Assembly: GCA_964016885.1 (NCBI GenBank)
Contig: OZ024745.1
Location: forward strand, 94,426,001-94,490,000
Direction of reading: 5' to 3'
Origin: Eledone cirrhosa
Taxonomy: Eukaryota
Length of the DNA stretch: 64,000 nucleotides
Positions 12,901-25,933 of the stretch are shown piece after piece. Within the stretch, counting starts at the first letter, position 1. Each line of letters starts with the position of its first letter. The notes under the pieces are model-generated. The model was given only the letters and a program-made list of their open reading frames with translations, was not told where the DNA came from and searched no databases. A program made the translations under genes and the position numbers.

Positions 12901-14190
12901 CGTATAGCCTTCAGCTAATTGTCAGCTATTTCGTTCACCGCTTCCAATTCCAATTTAGTGGGTTCTTTACTGATTCTGGTGTTGTATGGTCTGTCACTCA
13001 CATTAAGGCTGTGTATCTCTTGAAACATATCGTCCCATATCACTTGTAAGGTGTCCACAAGTTTTTGGTGTTCTGTTTGTACAGTAGAGTCATGAATTTC
13101 AGCCTCGTTGTTGATGTTGTGACAATTACTACTAGAGTTAGCTGACCATTCTCGCTGTTCTTCAGTGGAAGTGGGATGGATTTCAGCAAAATTGTTGGTG
13201 AGCTGTTCACTGTTAGATTTAGCTGGCCATTCTCTTTGTCTGTCAGTGGAGGTGGGGTGGTTGTCTACAAGGGCTGTATTTGTAGTATCACTCAATTCCG
13301 TTAGATGTATCAATTTACATCTAATGATACGTTTTGCCTGTTCATTTAAATGCTTTGGAGAAAAGTCTAATTCTGGGTGTTTGGAGTTCCATAAAGTTTT
13401 TAGCCTTTGCATAAAACCGAACTTTTGGGGTTCAGATTGTTTGTATGCTTCATATAATTCTTTGTTAAGCTCCTAGCTCCACTGTATACAACGGTTGTAG
13501 TTGCGATTTGGTCGAAGGAGACTTGTACGTTTTGCTATGATGAGTTCGTCTATTCACTAATATTTTGTATTTATTTTTCAAAATAGTCGATGATCTTCTT
13601 TAAAAGTTTCGACAAAGTTCTGTCAGAATCAAATCTAAAGTTATTCACAGCTTGGGTAATATTTCTTTTCAGTTAGTTTTTAATTCTACAACTGTGTTTT
13701 AAACGTTGTTCTTGAATCGTTTGAATCGAGAAAAAAAACCCGTTACTTAGTATATTTCTTTATGAGTGTAATATAATATAACGACGCTGTATTTATATGT
13801 TAAAGTTTATGTATCATTCATATAAATAGGTGTTCTACAACATACTCACAGTTCAAACACTTATGTTTTTGTTTCTGAATCGAAAACGTTACTTGCATAT
13901 TTCTTTACAAATGTAATATAACAACGTTGCATTTATATGTTAAAGTGTATGTATCGTTCATATATCATAAGTGTATGTATCGTTCATATATCATAAGTGT
14001 ATGTATCGTTCATATAAATAGGTGTTTTACAACCCACTTACAGTTCAAACACTTATGTAGAATTATTGTATGTAATCTTACCGCGTAATGTAGCTCAACT
14101 TTTTCCAATATATGGTATGTTGCCTTCATGTAAGCCGTAATTACACACGTCCGATTATCGGACACTGACCATATCGGTCGCCATTGTATG
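9971..14190 (-). mobile_element. Near full-length decayed non-LTR retrotransposon with restriction-like endonuclease (R4/Dong-like clade)
   Basis: Single broken ORF about 13545 to 10052: KSPGPDLITGYWLK, EQAGGKRGVWGC, FDSVPHGWI, GIFQGDSLS, LFFVDDLK (11530-11570), YRYLG, GGRGL, CRLC..EDVSHIVAIC, RHD, NRPDIVVWD; many stops and frameshifts; microsatellite on both flanks. Confidence 0.88.
13741..14058. repeat. ~146-bp duplication with nested 26-bp triplication in the LINE 5'UTR
   Basis: CGTTACTT...CAGTTCAAACACTTATGT twice; AAGTGTATGTATCGTTCATATATCAT at 13943, 13969, 13995. Confidence 0.85.
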
Positions 14191-14217
14191 ATTGTATATA
14201 TATATGAATGTATGTAT

Positions 14218-15245
14218 TAGCCTTTGTCAAGGCAGAATTCTAGGAGAAGGAAAACTCTGATATAACACCTGCAGCCCTGATGGTATCCAATGATGTTGAC
14301 TTGTTCTTCTTTTTGGTAAATATCATCTTGGTTAAGAGAGTGGGACTGGCTTTGTGCATTGCCTTTGCTCACTATAAAAGCTTCACGGCACAGGCATTGC
14401 TTTGTATCTGGAGATCTCTCTGCACTTGTCGTCACATGGTACCATGGGCCCTGCACTGTGTCAATAATTGTCATAAGTGTAGTGTTTGTACCAGAGTTTT
14501 CAAGTCGCTGGCTGGACTTAAAAGTCACACTCGTTCAGCGCATCGGTAGGGGTTCTCCTACATGGATATAAAGTAGTGGCCGTACTCGAAAACGAGTTGT
14601 CAGCCACCATGTATATATGTATGTATATTTATAACTATATATGTATATATCTATATATGTATATATGTATGTATGTATATATGTATATATGTATATATGT
14701 ATATATGTATATATGTATATATGTATATATGTATGTATGTTTATATCTATATATGTATATATCTATATATGTATATATGTATGTATGTATATATGTATAT
14801 ATGTATATATATCTATATATGTATATATATGTATATATATATGTATATATGTATATATGTCAAGGCAGAATTCTAGGAGAAGGAAAACTCTGATATAACA
14901 CCTGCAACCCTGATGGTATCCAATGATGTTGACTTGTTCTTCTTTTTGGTAAATATCATCTTAGTTAAGAGAGTGGGACTGGCTTTGTGTAGTGCCTTTG
15001 CTCACTATAAAAGCTTCACGGCACAGGCATTGCTTTGTATCTGGAGATCTCTCTGCACTTGTCGTCACATGGTACCATGGGCCCAGCACTATGTGTCAAT
15101 AATTGTCACAAGTGTAGTGTTTGTACCAGAGTTTTCAAGTCGCTGGCTGGACTAAAATGTCACACTCGTTCAGCGCATCGGTAGGGTTTCTCCTACATGG
15201 ATATAAAGTAGTGGCCGTACTCGAAAACGAGTTGGCAGCCACCAT
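14218..15245 (+). mobile_element. Two tandem copies of a bipartite RTE-derived non-autonomous element (14218-14610, 14858-15245)
   Basis: Near-identical ~390-bp units separated by TA/TG microsatellite; 3' part encodes C2H2 finger [23 protein letters not shown] like RTE/BovB ORF ends. Confidence 0.75.
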
Positions 15246-15696
15246 GTATATATGGATGTATGTATATATGTATGTATGTAAGTGGGCGCCTTTCTTAATG
15301 TACTCCTGTCAAGAGTCGCATAGATATATAATCTTATAGATACATATTACTTGAGGGAATAAAACCATAACCGGAAAATTACAATCGAGATATTTCCAGA
15401 TATAGTAAAACAAACTAACGGAAATCTGCACATTTTCACACTGAAATAATATAAAAATATATAAAATACATACATACGCAGATATATAACATAATTACAC
15501 ACACACACACACATACACACATACACAAACACACACACACGCATGCACAAACACACATACGCACGCATACACAAACGCACACGCATACACCAGCACACAC
15601 ATTTACACACATACATACGCACACATCTATATACACAGATACCGTTGAGTCACACACACACACACACACATACACACACACATATATATATATACA

Positions 15697-15743
<47 letters not shown>

Positions 15744-15746
<3 letters not shown>

Positions 15747-15985
15747 GTTTCTACTTTTTGGTACAAGGCCAGCAATTATATCAGTGTATTACTGGTACTT
15801 TATTTTATCGACCCCATAAGGATGAAAGCCAAAGTTAACCTATATATAGGGCGGTGGATTAGCAGTACCGGTAGAGGGTCGGACGCCATGTTTTGTAGCA
15901 CAGTTACGTCCCTTTACGGACTAAGTTCAAATCTCGCCGAGGTTAACTTTACCTTTAATCCTTACGGGGTCGATAAAATAAAGTA
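15744..15985. mobile_element. Back-to-back SINE pieces (minus 15744-15840, plus 15848-15985) inside (TA)n
   Basis: SINE core in both orientations. Confidence 0.8.
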
Positions 15986-16135
15986 TATATATATATAATG
16001 TGCACTGGAGTAAATGGTGGTGACACAAACACGCACACACGCTCACACACACACGCACACATATATACACACATATTCCTTTCAGTCACATGCTTATATT
16101 ATATACACTGGCGTAAATGGTGGGGATGCGCAAAA

Positions 16136-16783
16136 TCTTTAATGCGCCGAAATACCAACGATAAATCAGAAGACTACTGAAGAGGACATTTTAACCCTTG
16201 TCTATTTTTATTCATATATTCTTGTTCGCAACAACACAGCACCCATTTTTCATTCACATAATTTTTCCCTTCGCTGTGGTTCGTATATTTTCTGTTACCT
16301 TATTGCTATCACCCCTTCTCTCTTCTTCACCTCTTGCCTTCCACAATTCCTGCTGTTGGGCACTCACCCTCGGCTGGTCCTTCCTCCCACTTTCACTCAT
16401 TCCCTCTCTGCTTCTCCTCCCTCTCACTTCCTCCCGTCTGACCTGCTTGAATTTCTTTCCTCTCTCAATCTTCTCGCGGCTCGGACGTGTCTATTTCTTC
16501 TCGTCAATTTGATATGTCGGGCTTATGCCCACGTGATTCATTGACTTGTCTCTAATTTTCCTCTCTTTTCGTTGCATACCACCATGTGTTTGTTTTCTTC
16601 CCTCCGTTTTCCCACTGTCTCGGTAACTTAATTGAGTTATCGCTCGCACTGATTTTAGGTATCTAGTCTTTAATGCGCCGAAATACCAACGATAAATCAG
16701 AAGACTACTGAAGAGGACATTTTAACCCTTGTCTATTTTTATTCATATATTCATGTTCGCAACAACGCAGCTCCCATTTTTCA

Positions 16784-16787
<4 letters not shown>
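16136..16787 (+). mobile_element. Retrozyme-like / Penelope pLTR-like non-coding element with 121-bp terminal direct repeats
   Basis: 16136-16256 repeated at 16667-16787 (offset 531, about 3 mismatches); pyrimidine-rich non-coding interior; ends in (TA)n. Confidence 0.7.
16649..16721 (+). ncRNA. Non-circularly permuted hammerhead-like motif (copy 1)
   Basis: CTGATTT ta GGTA-TC-TAGTCTT tAATGcgCC GAAA TACC aacgat AAATCAG AAGACTA CTGAAGA GGaCATT: all three stems and all core nucleotides present, but in order III/UH/I, II/GAAA/III, I/CUGANGA/II. Confidence 0.7.
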
Positions 16788-16821
<34 letters not shown>

Positions 16822-16857
16822 TATGTATGTATGTACATATATATTTAATATAGAAAT

Positions 16858-16908
16858 GGCTTCTACAGGACTAGAACTGTTTCATTCGGAAGAAATCATC
16901 AGGAAGCC
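16858..16908 (-). ncRNA. Type I hammerhead motif, same family as 5921-5971, in a partial palindrome (16847-16929)
   Basis: Minus strand GGCTTC CTGATGA tTTCttccGAAt GAAA CAG ttctagtc CTG TA GAAGCC. Confidence 0.75.
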
Positions 16909-17314
16909 CTGATAATATCTTCCGAATACATGCATACATGCATGCATACACATATGCATGCATACATACATACATACACATACATACATACATACATACA
17001 TACATACATACATACATACTTACATACATACATACATATACACATACATACGAGTATACACTTCTATATCACCTGTTCCACATAATGAATGCTACAAATA
17101 CCTAAGCAAAAAAGAAAATATATTATACAGATGTGCTTGAAGAAAAATAGAATGGCCAAAACATATAACGCCAGACAATATGGCAGTTACTGCTTTGCCA
17201 TTACAAGACAATATCCGACAATAGAATTGCAGTAAAAGTAATAATGATTTCTACTATAGGCACAAGGCCAGCAATTTTGGGGGAAAGGAAGCCTCTGGAG
17301 AATAGCAAAAGCCA

Positions 17315-17555
17315 GGTAGTTATGAGTTTTCGTAGACTCCTGAGGCGCTGTGCATCACGAATACACATACAATAGCGAAACAGTTACAAAGGAGTACAAC
17401 AAAGAAGTCTTTCGACGAATTCGCGATGCGTTTCGGCACAAGAGACTAGCAGCTGCAGCATGGTGTATATTTACAGCTGATCCAAGATTTATTGACAAAG
17501 AGAAGCATTTAGCTTAGTCGTCAGACGCGGCAGTCTCAAGATATGGCTTCTTCTG
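17315..17555 (+). pseudogene. mariner transposase fragment
   Basis: FVDS*GAVHHEYTYNSETVTKEYNKEVFRRIRDAFRHKR ... QSQDMASSDF resembles mariner GVVHHEY..GQTVNKEYY.EVLRRLRDAVRRKRP and YSPDLAPCDF motifs. Confidence 0.75.
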
Positions 17556-18887
17556 ATTTCTGATTTCACTTTATTCTATGTAAAAATATATCATATAAAT
17601 ACAATTTAATAGAAAAAGAAAACAGAAAATTTAGATTGAGAAGAAAGAATGGAATGTAAAATAAGAAAAAATATTTATAAAAAAACAACGAAAAAGGAAA
17701 TGCAAGGGCTCTAGTGTCACAGAAAAATGGGGAAGGGGAAGGGGCATGATTGAGCTTTTGGCCTATTAGACCGCTAAAGCATTCCCGCGGACTATGGCCA
17801 GCAACACCCGCTGCAACATTGTTTTCGAAAATAAAGACGCCACAAAAAGTTTCCCACTTTGGGAGTCGAGAGAATATCTAGTTTCCACTCTATTTCTAAC
17901 TTTTACCCTACCATTTCTCGCAAGATATCTATAACAATAAACACAAACATAGACATGTGTATGCCTACACAAATACACGCACTTATACGTATGCATACAC
18001 ACACACACATATGTATCTCTCTCTCTCTCTCGCTCTATCTATCTACTATATATCGCTCTCTTTTTCTCTCTCTTCTCTCTATATATATATATACACATAC
18101 ACACACATACGTACACACACACACACACGCCCCCCCCCATATATATATATATATATATATAACCACACAATCATGCAAACATCCAGATGAGCTTTTCTTT
18201 TCGTAAAGATACAAATGAAATACATTTCACTAACGAAATAAGTGAAATCTAAAAAAAAACACCCCAAAAAACAAACAAACCAAAAGCTACAGTTAAAACG
18301 GATCGTTTCAATAATTCTTTTTAATCCCATTTCACAAGCGTTTTAGTTCACAAAATCGATATAATTGAGACATTGATTTTCGAAATATTGATAATATTTT
18401 TTTTCCTTTCAGACACGTTAAGAAAATAACAAATATAATCTCTATATTCCATTTGGTGTTGCAGAATGATGAAATATATGGATGTTTGGTAATTGTGCGA
18501 GTATTGTGTATATATCTGCATATTGCATGCACCAGTATTTGAACAGTACATAAGTGTATGCGTAACAAGTGTCACGAATTCATTACTTCGCTAAGGCTTA
18601 ATGAACACAAACACAAGGATATGGTCCGAACGTGGAAGAGCCGAACATCCCACTGTCATCGCCTCCAGCTCTCTCGCTCATCCCATCTCTCCGTATGGTG
18701 AGCAAATGGGGTCCCACGTACTGGCGTCCCTACAGCCCTGGCGGACAGAATGGAGAAGGTGTTTTCCCCGGAGGATGTATATGAGAGAAAGTTTATAACA
18801 ATGAACACACACAGAGTGGCCATTGAATTTCTGTGCATACATAAACCAATGACAGGCATTTCGGTGTTATTATTTATGTTCAGCAAT

Positions 18888-19543
18888 GGCGGTGGATTGG
18901 CAGTATCGGTAGAGGGTCAGACACCATGCTTTGCAGCATAGAGTTACGGCCCTTTACGATCTGAGTTCAAATCCCGCCGAGGTTGACTTTGCCTTTCATC
19001 CTTACGGGGTCGATAAAATAAAGTACCAGTAATGCACTGGGTAATTGCTGGCCTTGTGCCTAAAGTAGAAACAATTATTTATGTTCATCAGGGCGGTGTA
19101 TTGGCAGTATCGGTAGAGGGTCGGACACCATGCTTTGCAGCATAGAGTTACGGCCCTTTACGGCCTGAGTTCAAATCCCGCCGAGGTTAACTTTGCCTTT
19201 CCTCCTTACGGGCTCGATAAAATAAAGTACCAGTAACAAACTGGAGTCGATTTAATCCACTTTCCTCTCCCCCAAAATAGCTGGCCTTGTGCCTATAGTA
19301 GAAATCAATTATCTTCAGTAGGGCGATGGGTTGGCAGTATCAGTAGAACGTCGGACAACATGCTTTGTGGCATAGAGTTACATCCATTTACATTCTGAGT
19401 TCAAATCTCACCGTGGTTAGCTTTGCCTTTCATCATTACGGGGTCGATAAAATAAGGTACCAGTAATGGACTATGGTCGATTTACTCGACTTTTCCCCTC
19501 CCCCAAATTTCAGGCCTTGTGCTTTAATCCGAAACCATTATTA
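18888..19543 (+). mobile_element. Three head-to-tail SINE copies
   Basis: Copies about 18888-19080, 19090-19310, 19320-19543 with A box, B box and core. Confidence 0.9.
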
Positions 19544-19762
19544 ATCTTCAGTGTCCTCAAATTAATGAAAGATGTATCATGTGAAGAATATTATATTTAT
19601 GATATTTGCTAAATTTGGCTGAAACCTATCAGGAGATCTATAATGTGATAGAAATAAAGAAGGGGAGCGACTAGAAAGAGTCATTGAAGACAAACATTGG
19701 TTAAATATAAAGATATAACGGAGGTTTCAAGTGAGGTAATCATACACCAAGAGATTGTGTGT

Positions 19763-22700
19763 TTAATATATAACTACACATACTCTCTAATATATAACTA
19801 CACATATTCTCTAATAAATAACTATACATATTCTCTAATATATAACTATACATATTCTCTAATATATAACTACACACATTCTCTAGTAAATAACTACACA
19901 TATTCTCTAATATATAACTACACATATTCTCTAATATATAACTACACATATTCTCTAATATATAACTACACATATTATCTAATATATAACTACACATATT
20001 CTCTAATATATAACTACACATATTCTCTAATAATAACTATACATATTATCTAATATATAACTACACATATTATCTAATATATAATTACACCTACTCTCTA
20101 ATATATAACTACACATATTCTCTAATATATAATTACACATATTCTCTAATTTATAAATACACATATACCCTAATATATAACTACACATATTCTCTAATTT
20201 ATAAATACACATATACCCTAATATATAACTACACATATTCTCTAATATATAATTATACATATTCTCTAATAAATCACTATACATATTCTCTAATATATAA
20301 CTACACACATTCTCTAGTAAATAACTACACATATTCTCTAATATATAACTACACATATTCTCTAATAAATCACTATACATATTCTCTAATATATAATTAC
20401 ACATATTCTCTAATATATAACTACACATATTCTCTAATAATAACTATACATATTATCTAATATATAACTACACATATTATCTAATATATAACTACACATA
20501 TTATCTAATATATAATTACACCTACTCTCTAATATATAACTACACATATACCCTAATATATAACTACACATATTCTCTAATTTATAAATACACATATTCT
20601 CTAATATATAACTACACCTATTCTCATATATATACTACACATATTCTCTAATATATAACTATACACATTCTCTAATATATATCTACACATATTATTTAAT
20701 ATATAACTACACATATTCTCAAATAAATAACTATAAAATTTTATCTAATATGTAACAATATATATTCGCTAATATATAAATACACATATTCTCTAATATA
20801 TAACTACAAATATTCTCTAATTTGTAATTACACATATTATCTAATATATAACGACACATATTCTCTAATAAATAACTACACATATTCTCTAAAATATAAC
20901 TACACACATTCTCTAATAAATAACTATACATATTCACTAATATATAACTACACATATTCTCTAATAAAAGACTACACATATTCTCTAATATATAAACACA
21001 CATATTCTCTAAAATATAACTACACATATTCTCTAATATATAACTACACATATTCTCTAATAATAACTATACATATTATCTAATATATAACTACACATAT
21101 TCTCTAATATATAACTACACATATTCTCTAATATATAACTACACATATTCTCTAATATATAACGACACATATTCTCTAATAAATACCTACACATATTCTC
21201 TAATATATAAACACACATATTCTCTAAAATATAACTACACATATTCTCTAAAATATAACTACACATATTCTCTAATAAATAACTATACATATTCTCTAAT
21301 ATATAACTACACATATTTTCTAATATATAACTATACCTATTCTATAATAAATAACTACCTACACATATTCTCTAATATATAAATACACATATACCCTAAT
21401 ATATAACTATACATATTCTCTAATATATAATTATACATATTCTCTAATATATAACTACACATATTCTCTGATAAATAACTATACATATTCTCTAATATAT
21501 AATTATACATATTCTCTAATATATAACTACACATATTCTCTAATATATAATTACACATATTCTCTAATATATAACTACACACATTCTCTATTAAATAATT
21601 AAACATATTCTCTAATATATAACTACACATATTCTCTATTAAATAATTAAACATATTCTCTAATATATAACTACACATATTCTCTAATATATAACTATAC
21701 ATATTATCTAATATATACATATACATATTCTCTAATATATAACTACACATATTCTCTAATATATAACTATACATATTCTCTAATATATAACTACACATAT
21801 TCTCTAATATATAACTACACATATTCTCTAATATATAACTATACATATTCTCTCATATATAACTACACATATTATCTATTATATAACTACACATATTCTC
21901 TAATAAATAACTATACACACTCTTTAATATATAACTACACATATTCTCTAATATATGATTACACATATTCTCTAATATATAACTACACATATTATCTAAT
22001 ATATAACTACACATATCTAATATATAGCTCTACATATTCTCTCATATATAACTACACATATTCTCTAATAAATAACTACACATATTCTCTAATATATAAC
22101 TACATATATTCTCTAATAAATAACTACACATATTCTCTAATAAATAATTACACATATTCTCTAATAAATAACTACACATATTCTCTAATATATAACTACA
22201 CATATTCTCTAATATATAACTATACATATTCTCTAATATATAATTACACATATCTTCTAATATATAACTACACATATCTTCTAATATATAACTACACATA
22301 TCTTCTAATATATAACTACACATATTCTCTAATATATAACTATACATATTCTCTAATATATAACTACACATATTCTCTAATATATAACTACACATATTCT
22401 CTAATATATAACTACACATATTCTCTAATTTATAAATAAACATATTATCTAATATATAACGACATCTATTCTCTAATAAATAAATACACATATTCTCTAA
22501 TACATAAACACGCATATTCTCTAATAAATAACTACACATATTCTCTAATATATAACTATATATATTATCTAATATATAACTACACATATTCTCTAATATA
22601 TAACCACACATATACTTAATATATAACTATACATATTCTCTAATATATAACTACACATATCCTCTAATATATAACTACACATGTTCTCTAATATATAACT

Positions 22701-24490
22701 ACACATATTATCTATTATATAACTACACATATTCTCTAATAAATAACTATACATATTCTCTAATAAATATCTTTACATATTCTTTAATATATAACTATAC
22801 ATATTCTCTAATATATAACTACACATAGTATCTAATATACAACTACACATATTCTCTAATATATAACTACACATATTCTCTAATATATAACTACACATAT
22901 ACTATAATAAATAACTATACATATTCTCTAATAAATAACTATACATATTCTTTAATATATAATTACACATATTCCCTAATATATATCTACACATATTCTC
23001 TAATATATAACTATACATATTCTCTAATATATAAGGACACATATTCTCTAATAAATACCTACACATATTCTCTAATATATAACTACACATGTTCTCTAAT
23101 ATATAACTACACATATTATCTAATATATAACTACACATATTCTCTAATATATAACTACACATATTCTCTAATATATAACTACACATATTCTCTAATATAT
23201 AACTACACATGTTCTCTAATATATAACTACACATAGTATCTACTATATAACTACACATATTCTCTAACATATAACTACACATATTCTCTAATATATAACT
23301 ACACATATACTATAATAAATAACTATACATAATCTCTAATAAATAACTATACAAATTCTTTAATATATAACTATACATATTCTCTAATAAATATCTATAC
23401 ATATTCCTTAATATATAACTATACATATTCTTTAATATATAATTACACATATTCCCTAATATATATCTACACATATTCTCCAATATATAACTACACATAT
23501 TCTCTAATATATAACTACACATATTCTCTAATATATAAGGACACATATTCTCTAATAAATACCTACACATATTCTCTAATATATAACTACACATATTCTC
23601 TAATATATACCTATACATATTCTCTAACATATAACTATACATGTTCTCTAATATATAACTACACATGTTCTCTAATATATAACTACACATATTCTGTAAT
23701 ATATAACTACACATATTCTCTAATATATATCTATACATATTCTCTAATATATAACTCCACATAGTATCTATTATATAACTACACAATCTCTAATATATAA
23801 CTATACATATTCTTTAATATATAATTACACATTATTCCCTAATATATAACTATACATGTTCTCTAATATACAACTACACATAATCTCTAATATATAATTA
23901 CACATATTCTCTAATATATAACTACACATATTATCTAATATATATCTATACATATTCTCTAATATATAACTACACATATTCTCTAATAAATAACTATACA
24001 TATTCTTTAATATATAACTATAATACTCTCTAATATATAACTCTACATATTATCTAATATATAACGACACATATTCCCTAATATATAACTACACCTATTC
24101 TCTAATATATAACTACACATATTCTCTAATAAATATACACATATTCTCTAATACATAAACACGCATATTCTCTAATATATAACTACACATATTCTCTAAT
24201 ATATAACTTCACATATTCTCTAATATATAACTACACATATTCTGTAATATACAACTACACATATTCTCTAATATATTACTACACATATTCTCTAATAAAT
24301 AACTACACATATTCTCTAATATATAACTACACATATTCTCTAATATATAACTACACATATTCTCTAATAAATAACTACACATATTCTCTAATATATAACT
24401 ACGCATAATCTCTACACAAATTCTCTACACAAATTCTATAATATATAACTACACATATTCTCTACACATATTCTCTAATATGTAACTACA
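19763..24490. repeat. 24-bp satellite array, about 197 units
   Basis: Consensus TAATATATAACTACACATATTCTC repeated over about 4.7 kb with point variants and occasional indels. Confidence 0.98.
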
Positions 24491-24506
24491 CACATACTTT
24501 AATATA

Positions 24507-24599
24507 TACAGGTACAATTCCCTTATAACGAATATCATTATAATGATTTTTTCAGTATAACGAAGTTACGTCGTTTTCGTTATGAAGTTTTCGCCTATA
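24507..24599. mobile_element. Internally deleted relative of the 587-772 MITE
   Basis: TACAGGTACAATTCCCTTATAACGAATATCATTATAATGATTTTTTCAGTATAACGAA matches 585-640; diverged inverted end TCGTTATGAAGTTTTCGCCTATA. Confidence 0.55.
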
Positions 24600-24760
24600 A
24601 TTACACATATTTTTAAATGTAAAATTATACAGATTCTTTGATATATAATTATACACATTCTTTAACTAGTTCAGTTATTGAACTACAATCACCTTGCTGC
24701 ACGAGCCTTCGAGATTACACACACAAAAAAAGATACAAACTCAAACAGAAACGCGCGCGT

Positions 24761-24799
<39 letters not shown>

Positions 24800-25806
24800 T
24801 GATGAACTAAGTCCCTTCAATGTGATACCTCAGCAAAACCCCTGTATTGTCAGTGACAAAACTAAATGAGTAAATGAATACAAAGACATCACATTATTTT
24901 ACGCCCCTTTATCCGTGCAGGCATGGATTTGTATGGGGCATTGTGTACTTATCATGAGCTTCACCGGAGCTATTATCCATCTAGACGGGTTTGTAGTCAA
25001 TGCCACTCTCAATATGTTCCATTTTTGTTACATTGGCTTTTCATAACGGCAACGATTTTATAGCGTACGCTCTGTGCATTTAATCCTGACACTAGTACTA
25101 GGGTTGTTGTATTGTAGTCTCTTTTGGTTCTGTTTCTACAGCTGCACCACCTTCCTAAAGCAAACCACTTTATAGAGTGTACCGATTGCATTTTATCGAG
25201 GCAACTCACTAGATACATTGCCATGTCTTTGGCGTGTCTAAATATGTCTCTCGCATTGGTTTGGTTTCTATGGCTGGTTGATTTTCATAAAAGCCAACCC
25301 CTTTACTGAGTGTAATCAGAGCATTTTATCGTAGCACAAGCAGTAAAGATTGCCATAATTTCACCGTATGTTATTTAACCCCGAATTTTGAGCTATTTCA
25401 CGTAGTGTACCGAGTGCTTTTTATCATAGCACCAACAGTAGAGAGTGTAGATTGTTCGACGCCATGCACAATCAATAGAGAATAAGAAGGACGGTGTTGG
25501 CTAAGGATGACTTTAGAAAAGAAAGGTAATCTTGTTCCAAATCAAACATAAAGAGACGAGATGAGGATAGTGTAATGGTTCAGATTAGCACAGGTGTATG
25601 ACTATGGAAGGTAGACAGCGATATGGTTACAAGGTAATTGTTGTTAAATGGAGAAATAGTTTATTATGTATAAATAAATATTTACGTATATTTCTGTCGG
25701 TAAACGAGGAAAATGTTGATAAAGTACTCAATGTAGAGAAGCAAGGCGATCGTATAGCCGAAACTGCTGGGCTCGCGGTCGATCCTCTACTTTTACTAAT
25801 ATATAT

Positions 25807-25933
25807 ATAGGAAGAAGAGTCAGGACCCGGACAGCTGAACTCCGGCCGTTTCAACAGCTAAATCTGAACGCGTTGAGATTTATCTGTCGAAACGGCCGGA
25901 ACTCAGCCGTAGGCGACCTGACTCTTTTCCTAT
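25807..25933. repeat. Imperfect palindrome containing a half hammerhead, between (TA)n tracts
   Basis: Arms centred on ACGCGT (25868-25873); right arm has CTGTC-GAAA-CGGC(cggaactca)GCCG-TA; unpaired extension to about 26010. Confidence 0.8.

Noticed and set aside
14100-14190. HDV-like ribozyme at the 5' end of the R4/Dong-like LINE
   Set aside because: Two small hairpins are visible, but I could not assemble the nested double pseudoknot or catalytic strand
18601-18800. GC-richer unique segment, possible exon
   Set aside because: No frame gives a recognisable protein
19740-24406. Minus-strand ORFs of repeated MCSYILEN
   Set aside because: One frame of a 24-bp unit is open by chance; frameshifts break it repeatedly and variants are mostly non-synonymous
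25470-25625. Very decayed RTE-like fragment (IRR.VLAKD.FRK)
   Set aside because: Similarity too short and frameshifted to support by eye
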